Source: Sumerlaeia bacterium
GTDB lineage: Bacteria; Sumerlaeota; Sumerlaeia; SLMS01; JAHLLQ01
Assembly: GCA_040219255.1 (NCBI GenBank)
Contig: JAVJSW010000068.1
Location: 160,001 to 224,000, forward strand
Length of the DNA: 64,000 nt
Direction: 5' to 3'
Under the pieces are notes generated by a model. It saw only the letters and a list, made by a program, of their open reading frames with translations, ran no database searches and was not told where the DNA came from. The translations under genes and the position numbers were made by a program. Of the stretch, positions 58,330-64,000 are shown piece after piece. How positions within the stretch are numbered: the stretch's first letter is position 1; every line of letters starts with the position of its first letter.

Positions 58330-58857
58330 ATGAAGCGCTCATTCCTTCTCACCGCCGCCGCCTGCCTTACCGGCCTGATGCTCATCATGACCGTTTCGCC
58401 GACGGTCGCCGCGGCCCAGACCGATGGCGATCGCTATCGCGAGACGACCGACATCGACAAGATGTTCACCAAACTCGGCCGCGGCATTTCCAATGTCCTC
58501 CTCGGCTGGGTCGAAATTCCCAAAACGGTGGCTGAAGAGTGGCGCCGCACCGAGCCCTTCACCGGCACCATCGTCGGCACCGTCAAAGGCGTCGTCTGGG
58601 CCGTGGCCCGCACCTTCGCCGGCTTCTACGAAATCATCAGCTTCCCCTTCCCCATCCCCCGCGACTACCAGCCCATCATGTACCCCGAGTACGTGCTGCC
58701 GACCGTCTGGGGCGAGCGGCTACCCATCTACGAGGACGAGTTCCTTTCCGGCTCCGCCATGGAATCCGCCGTCCTCGACTACGGCACCGGTTCCCCGACG
58801 TACGGCGTGGACAACGCCCGGAGCCTGGACCGCCAGTCGGTGACGCTCGAGTACTAA
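58330..58857 (+). CDS. TIGR04073-like exosortase-system-associated protein
   Basis: Signal peptide; KLGRGISNVLLGWVEIPK..GTVKG..AVARTFAGFYEIISFP.P....PIMYPEYV. Confidence 0.8.
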   Translation: MKRSFLLTAAACLTGLMLIMTVSPTVAAAQTDGDRYRETTDIDKMFTKLGRGISNVLLGWVEIPKTVAEEWRRTEPFTGTIVGTVKGVVWAVARTFAGFYEIISFPFPIPRDYQPIMYPEYVLPTVWGERLPIYEDEFLSGSAMESAVLDYGTGSPTYGVDNARSLDRQSVTLEY

Positions 58858-58896
58858 GACCGGCCCCTCGCCTCGCGGCGGCTCTCCCAGGATTCT

Positions 58897-58926
58897 CCCA
58901 GCCGGTTCCGGCTGGGTTTTTTCTTT
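58897..58926 (+). terminator. Intrinsic terminator
   Basis: CCCAGCCG-gttc-CGGCTGGG followed by TTTTTTCTTT. Confidence 0.8.
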
Positions 58927-60091
58927 AATTCCCCGGCGCTTTCTTCGGCGGCGCTTTCTTCAGCGGCACCTTCTTCAGCGGCACTTGCTCCGCCGGCCAC
59001 TCGAACCATTCCAGACCCCCCTCGAAGGTGGCGATCACGATGCGGTGGGGCGTCTCGAAGGCCACCTCGACCGCCGGGCCCGATTCGGGGCGGAAACGGC
59101 GCCGCTCGGTCCATGTCTCCGATTCGTCCTCCTTCACCATCCAGCGCACACCCCCCTCGTTCTCCGAGATCAGCAGGCCCTGCGGCGAAGCGGAGAGATG
59201 GCGCGTCGCGACCTCGGAGGGCGGTGGACCGAACGCCAGCGCCGGCGTCAAACGGTCGCCCCCCCAGCGATAGCCCTTCACCCCGTTCCACCGATCCACC
59301 GCGTAGAGTTCCCCGCCGGGCGCGGCGGCCAGCGAATCGGTGTACGAATCCGCCCTGATGGATTGCAGCAGCACCGGCCGCATCGGATCCTCCACCCCCA
59401 GCACCAGCAGACCCGCCGTATCGGCCACGGCCGTCCGGGCGGGGGTGAGGAAGGCGATCCGCTTGGCATAATGGGCATAGGGGAAACGGCCGCGAAGCAC
59501 CGGCGGCTTGTCCCGGCCGTCGTCCCACTGCCAGATGGAAATGCCCGCCGGACCGCTGGCGACCATCATCAGGGCCGGCACGGGGCCCGACGCCGGCCGA
59601 TAGGCCAAACCGGTGGGAATGCCTTCCACGTCCCATGTCATGATCTCCTCTGCGGGGGCGCCATCGGGGCTCAGGCGCACCAGGCGGATTTTGCCCCACC
59701 GCCCCGCAAGAAAAACCGCGTTGGGCCCATAGGGCGCGGCCGCCTCGGCGGACAGCGTGGGCCAATCGGGCTGGGTCGAGAAGCCGGCGCCCGGCGGATC
59801 GGCTCCGCGCCGGTACCACGCCACGCCCGCCAACCCCTGGCTGACCGCGACGACGTCCTGCAGGACGGCCAGGGAGAGGGCAGGGTGTTGCGTCTCGAGA
59901 CGATGGCTCGCGATGGGCGCCGCTGGCTCGGAAGCCGCCACGAAGGGAAGGCCAAGCAGCAGCGAGACGGCCGCGGCAACGCGAACGCGGCGTCGACGGC
60001 GGCGCCGGGTCTTGCCTTGACCCTGCCGAGGCGCGCGCGTGCATTGGCTTCCTGTCTCGGGGCGCTCGGCGTCATGGGAAGAAGTTGTCAT
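58925..60091 (-). CDS. LVIVD-like repeat beta-propeller protein
   Basis: AVADTAGLLVLGVEDPMRPVLLQSI, LYAVDRWNGV, IATFEGGLEWF; Arg-rich N-region then hydrophobic stretch; true start uncertain. Confidence 0.55.
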   Translation of the reverse strand: MTTSSHDAERPETGSQCTRAPRQGQGKTRRRRRRRVRVAAAVSLLLGLPFVAASEPAAPIASHRLETQHPALSLAVLQDVVAVSQGLAGVAWYRRGADPPGAGFSTQPDWPTLSAEAAAPYGPNAVFLAGRWGKIRLVRLSPDGAPAEEIMTWDVEGIPTGLAYRPASGPVPALMMVASGPAGISIWQWDDGRDKPPVLRGRFPYAHYAKRIAFLTPARTAVADTAGLLVLGVEDPMRPVLLQSIRADSYTDSLAAAPGGELYAVDRWNGVKGYRWGGDRLTPALAFGPPPSEVATRHLSASPQGLLISENEGGVRWMVKEDESETWTERRRFRPESGPAVEVAFETPHRIVIATFEGGLEWFEWPAEQVPLKKVPLKKAPPKKAPGN

Positions 60092-60109
60092 GGAATTGAG
60101 GGACCTGAA

Positions 60110-60619
60110 ATGGGATCGGAAAGGTTGGAGCCAGAGACACGCCGCCGCTCCCTGGATCAGACGCTGGCGTTCTGCGCGCTGAACTGGATTCTGCCCGGCT
60201 CCGGATATCTGGCGGCGGGGATTCGCACCCGGGGCTGGACTCTGTTCGCGCTTCTCAATGGCTGCTTTCTGCTTGGCCTGGCGTTCAACGGAACGACGGA
60301 GATGCCGGGGCTGTTGCCCTCAAGCGAGAACTGGAATATCGTTGCCGTACTCACCTTCATGGTCAAGGTCTGCCACGGCGGAGGCACGATGTTGCTCCTG
60401 TGGCTGGCGGACTCGGAGTCCCTGCTGGGGCGTCTTCTGGTGCGGGACCCGGGAACGGCCTATTCGGACCTGGGGTCGTTTCACCTGCTGGTGTCGGGGG
60501 GGCTGAATTATTTCGCCACCGTTCGGCTCTACGACATCCTGACGGGCGCGGACGAGGACGAACTGGCCCGCGGGAAGGAACAGGAACGGACGGACAGCGA
60601 AGAGGAGAAGGCGCCATGA
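60110..60619 (+). CDS. DUF6677-like membrane protein
   Basis: WILPGSGYLAAG..RG, DLGSFHLLVSGGLN...LYD; GAGGGA RBS before ATG 60110. Confidence 0.7.
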   Translation: MGSERLEPETRRRSLDQTLAFCALNWILPGSGYLAAGIRTRGWTLFALLNGCFLLGLAFNGTTEMPGLLPSSENWNIVAVLTFMVKVCHGGGTMLLLWLADSESLLGRLLVRDPGTAYSDLGSFHLLVSGGLNYFATVRLYDILTGADEDELARGKEQERTDSEEEKAP

Positions 60620-60801
60620 CAGGTCCCGTGTACATTTTGTCAGCTCTTTACCTGACACTGCTGGTGTCGCTGGTGATTTCCGTGCTGGAGCCCGAATGGC
60701 GCAACAAATTGTGGAAAAACACGCTGCGGCGATGGGGAAAATTCCTGGGTGGGCTGGCAATTCTTGGGGTGATTGTGCAGATTCTTACCCTATTGGCGTA
60801 A
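60616..60801 (+). CDS. Small two-TM membrane protein
   Basis: ATGA overlap with the DUF6677-like gene; two hydrophobic helices joined by a basic loop. Confidence 0.65.
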   Translation: MTGPVYILSALYLTLLVSLVISVLEPEWRNKLWKNTLRRWGKFLGGLAILGVIVQILTLLA

Positions 60802-60953
60802 ATTCGCAGCCGGGCGACATCCAAAATCCTTCGTTTCGTCTTGACCACAGAGACATATGACGGGAGGGATTGCCCCGCACCTAATCGGACTTCCTTCCCT
60901 GTTAGGGCGGTCCCACAGACGAACCACTTCCGAAAGGAGGGAGTTTAGCTCCC

Positions 60954-61592
60954 ATGAAACGTTTCAAAGGTTTCACCCTGATCGAACTTCTTATCGTTGT
61001 TGCGATCATCGCCATCCTGGCGGCCATCGCCGTCCCCAACTTCCTTGAAGCCCAAGTCCGCTCCAAGGTCTCCCGCGTCAAGTCCGACCAGCGCTCCATG
61101 GCCACCGCCATCGAGTCCTACTACGTGGACAACAACCAGTACCCCGCCATGACCACCGTTCTGGCGAACTCGGTCGACGAAGGTATCATCACGACCTCCG
61201 CCGGTGTGACTTTCGCCCGTCGTCTTCCCACGACCCAGCTGTCCACCCTGACCACCCCCATCGCCTACATCACCTCCTACTTCGCCGATCCCTTCGCCGA
61301 TACCCGTGGCCTGACCTTCCGCTACTACAAAGAGCGCGCTGGCTGGATCCTCGGATCCTGGGGCCCGGACACCGATCAGGGCACCATCAACGACGTCGCC
61401 TGGGACAGCGTCACCGCTAGCCCCTACGGCTTCGCCCAGGCCGCTGGCTCTCTGGAAACCGTCTACGACGCCGGCGTCGCTCAGCCCAGCACCACGCTGC
61501 TGACCGGCACCAGCGCCGATGGCGGCGCCTACACCTACGACCCGACGAACGGCACCGTTTCGCAGGGCGACGTCTGGCGCGTGAAGCAGTAA
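60954..61592 (+). CDS. Prepilin-type pilin/pseudopilin, YDPTNG family (probable major pilin)
   Basis: KG|FTLIELLIVVAIIAILAAIAVPNFLEAQVRSKVSR; LTTPIAY, DPF, SWGPD, YDPTNGTVSQGDV; AAGGAGG RBS and own terminator. Confidence 0.9.
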   Translation: MKRFKGFTLIELLIVVAIIAILAAIAVPNFLEAQVRSKVSRVKSDQRSMATAIESYYVDNNQYPAMTTVLANSVDEGIITTSAGVTFARRLPTTQLSTLTTPIAYITSYFADPFADTRGLTFRYYKERAGWILGSWGPDTDQGTINDVAWDSVTASPYGFAQAAGSLETVYDAGVAQPSTTLLTGTSADGGAYTYDPTNGTVSQGDVWRVKQ

Positions 61593-61635
61593 TTCGGACC
61601 TGCCCCGAATTGCCTGCCTGACGGCTTGAAAGTCT

Positions 61636-61683
61636 GATCGGCGGCTTTCCCACCTTCCCGGGAAAGCCGCCGGTCGCTTTTTT
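61636..61683 (+). terminator. Intrinsic terminator of the pilin gene
   Basis: GATCGGCGGCTTTCCC / GGGAAAGCCGCCGGTC stem followed by GC and T6. Confidence 0.8.
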
Positions 61684-61733
61684 AATCACCGCCCTTGCCC
61701 GCCAGCCGCCCCACTCGTCATCTTCCCAACGCT

Positions 61734-61985
61734 ATGCGAGTCACCAAGGACCAGGTCGAACCCCGTCTGCGCCGCGCCCAGAACCATCGCCGGGCCGTCC
61801 TCTTCGTTTTTCTCGTCTTCCTGCTCATCAGCCTCCTCGGCCTCGGACTCGCCGGCTTGACCCTCGCCAAACGCCAGTTCGAAACCCGCGGCGAGCGTCA
61901 ACGCCGCGTCTCGCAGACCCGGCACGATCACGAAACAGCCACCAGCCCCACCCTCGTCACGACCGGCACCCTGACCCTTCCATGA
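61734..61985 (+). CDS. Small single-TM membrane protein
   Basis: AVLFVFLVFLLISLLGLGLAGLTLA helix; ATGA overlap with the downstream GT. Confidence 0.55.
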   Translation: MRVTKDQVEPRLRRAQNHRRAVLFVFLVFLLISLLGLGLAGLTLAKRQFETRGERQRRVSQTRHDHETATSPTLVTTGTLTLP

Positions 61986-63136
61986 CTTCGAGCCCGCACC
62001 CCAGCGACAAGCCCATCCCCGTGACCCGGGTGATCACCTGGCTGCCGGTGGGCGGCATCGAACGGCGCCTGGTTTCGGTCCTGCCGCGTCTCGCCGACAA
62101 AGGCTTCGCCCCCCGCCTCCTCTGCATCCGCGAGGAAGGCCCGCTAGCCCAGGAGCTGCGCGACGCCGGCGTGCCGGTGGACCTGATCGCGCTGCGCACG
62201 CGCCTCGATCCCTTCGGCATTCGCCGCATGGCCGCGGCCCTGCGGACCCACGGAACGCGGGTGCTGCACAGCCACATGTATCGCTCCAACGTCCCGGGCA
62301 CCCTCGCCGGGCGGCTCGCTCGCGTCCCCGTCGTCTTTGGCCAGGTGCACAACGTCGGCACCTGGGAAACGCCCCGGCAACGCGCCATGGATCGGTTCCT
62401 GTGCCGGTGGCGCACGGGAATGATCTGCGTCTCGCGGGCCGTCCAGCGCGACGTGCGCGACAACCTGGGCCTCCCAGAGGACGCCACGCCGGTGCTGTAC
62501 AATGGCTGCGACACGGATCGTTTCCGCCCCGACGAGGCCCTGCGCGCGGCCACCCGCGATGCGCTCGGCATCGCCCCGGGCCAACTGGCCGCCCTCGTTC
62601 CGGCGCGGCTCCACTCTCAGAAAAACCCCCTGCACACGGCGGAGGCCTTCGCCCGGGCCCTTGGCCACCTCGGTGCCTCCTCCGCGACCCCCGTGCTCCT
62701 GTTCGCCGGCGGAGGGCCGATGGAGGACGCCCTGCGCGACCGCGTGGCCCAGCTCGGCCTTGCGGAGAACGTGCGCCTGCTGGGCAAGCGCGACGACATG
62801 ACGGCCCTCTACAACGCCGCCGACGTCATGGTGCTGTCCACGGCCAAGGAAGGCTTCTCGAACGCCGTGGTGGAGGCCCTGGCCTGTGGCAAACCGGTGA
62901 TCGCCGCCGACGTCGGAGGCAACGCCGAGGCGCTGACGCCCGAGGTGGGCTGGCTCCACGAGGCGGGCGACACCGAAGCCCTCGCGTCCCAGCTCGCCGA
63001 AGCCTTCGCCGGCCCCGAAGCCCTCGCCCGGCGCGCCGCCGCCTGCCGCGACCGCGGCCTGCGCTTCAGCCTCGACCGGCTGGTGGAGGAAACGGCCGCC
63101 CTCTACCGCCGCGCCCTCGACGCGGCCGGCGAATAG
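61982..63136 (+). CDS. Glycosyltransferase family 4
   Basis: LPVGGIE, LYNGCD, KEGFSNAVVEALACG.PVIA.DVGGN. Confidence 0.9.
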   Translation: MTSSPHPSDKPIPVTRVITWLPVGGIERRLVSVLPRLADKGFAPRLLCIREEGPLAQELRDAGVPVDLIALRTRLDPFGIRRMAAALRTHGTRVLHSHMYRSNVPGTLAGRLARVPVVFGQVHNVGTWETPRQRAMDRFLCRWRTGMICVSRAVQRDVRDNLGLPEDATPVLYNGCDTDRFRPDEALRAATRDALGIAPGQLAALVPARLHSQKNPLHTAEAFARALGHLGASSATPVLLFAGGGPMEDALRDRVAQLGLAENVRLLGKRDDMTALYNAADVMVLSTAKEGFSNAVVEALACGKPVIAADVGGNAEALTPEVGWLHEAGDTEALASQLAEAFAGPEALARRAAACRDRGLRFSLDRLVEETAALYRRALDAAGE

Positions 63137-63345
63137 GCCGGCCTTCCCGTTCTCGAAAATCCCCCTGTGAATCACCACACCCATCGCGAGTCCATTCATG
63201 GGCGGAGCCCCCCTTCCAAGAGAAGATGCCCCAAAGGTAAACCGTCGCCCCCCGGCTGGCGCGTGACAAAGTGCGGTTAAACCCGTGGGTTTTAACGGTG
63301 TGGCGGGGACGGGGCGGGGGCGGAAATGGCCTGCTGCCGGGCGAT

Positions 63346-64000
63346 TTACTTCTTCAGCAGATAAACCAAGTAGGGTTCCGCTCCGTGCTCTCGGGCGAAG
63401 CGGGGATCGCCATCGAACCAGAACCGGTCATGGACGGTTCCGGACTGAGCGTCGAAGGCGATCACATGCCAACCGGGGCGGGTTCCGATCTTGAGGCTGC
63501 TGTCGCCAATGCGGACCAGTGTGTATTCGTAGGGTGTCGGTTCGAACATGGCAACCCAATCGCCGGGCCAACCGTTGCGTCGCTCGCGAGGGCGCGGGGG
63601 AATGAACTGATGGGCGAAATTGGTGACCTGGGTGGGATCGATGTGCAGGACCTCGGTGCCACTGCCGGTGCCGTCTTCGTCGGAGACGAGGGCCGTGTAA
63701 CGAATCCAGTCGGCGCGGGCGTGCTGGAAGGATGGGCCCTGCAAACCGCGTTCGCGGATCAGGCCGATCAGGTCTTCCGGCGGGAGGAAATCGACCTTTC
63801 CAGATGTGACGACCGCAAAGGCGTCGCCGCTGTGGCGCAATGCCTCAAGCCTTTCGCCTGCGGGAGCGTAGTCGTAGGTTTTTTCCGCCAGGACCTTGCG
63901 GTCTCCCTCGGGCAGCCGCCACGCCAGAACGAGCACCGCGACGTTGCGTTCGCGCAGCCAGGGTTGCATCTGGGACGCCGCCGAATGCGGCAGAGGATAG
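63346..64000 (-). CDS. Partial CDS (5' end beyond window), C-terminal part of a hypothetical protein
   Basis: Frame is open from the window edge to the stop at 63346; GWHVIAFDAQSGTVHDRFWFD is reminiscent of ILEI-like domains (weak). Confidence 0.55.
   Translation of the reverse strand, partial: YPLPHSAASQMQPWLRERNVAVLVLAWRLPEGDRKVLAEKTYDYAPAGERLEALRHSGDAFAVVTSGKVDFLPPEDLIGLIRERGLQGPSFQHARADWIRYTALVSDEDGTGSGTEVLHIDPTQVTNFAHQFIPPRPRERRNGWPGDWVAMFEPTPYEYTLVRIGDSSLKIGTRPGWHVIAFDAQSGTVHDRFWFDGDPRFAREHGAEPYLVYLLKK

Noticed and set aside
58330-58857. C-terminus SVTLEY as a fourth tag example
   Set aside because: Lacks the Trp three residues before Tyr.
60890-60953. RBS-sequestering hairpin GGGAG-tttag-CTCCC before the major pilin
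   Set aside because: Only 5 bp, and similar SD-then-pyrimidine spacers precede several other genes in the window.

Overview
GC-rich bacterial chromosomal segment with about 49 genes. I found no rRNA, tRNA, CRISPR array, integrase or transposase. The YDPTNG-type pilins and short W-x-x-Y C-termini resemble what I recall of Candidatus Sumerlaeota (BRC1) genomes; this assignment is unverified inference. Layout: (i) 2.9-13.8 kb is a 'rhizo-twelve'-like glycan cassette with two SDR epimerases (one fused to a clan GH-A hydrolase), a Zn-dehydrogenase, a Gfo/Idh/MocA oxidoreductase, a GT4, three CgeB-like GTs and a TIGR04290-like methyltransferase. (ii) 13.9-23.7 kb is a giant Cys-stapled DUF5666-repeat protein divergent from an ECF sigma - FecR - pilin - FG-GAP operon. 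(iii) Housekeeping and envelope genes: FAD/Fe-S oxidoreductase, rph, pilT, aroC, Mrp/ApbC, hom, PfkB kinase, HIT and several glycosyltransferases. (iv) Many exported proteins. The most striking signal is a candidate undescribed protein-sorting/surface-display system. Three unrelated exported proteins end in the same short tag A-x(3-6)-W-x-x-Y-(x)-stop with no transmembrane helix. Two other exported proteins share a different, tandem-duplicated C-terminal module, a possible S-layer anchor. The window also carries two related YDPTNG pilins, PilT, a PpiC-like chaperone, a non-catalytic FGE-fold protein, a TPR lipoprotein and tandem TIGR04073-like proteins. Start codons were refined by eye from RBS and overlap patterns, and all family names are from motif recognition, not database searches.
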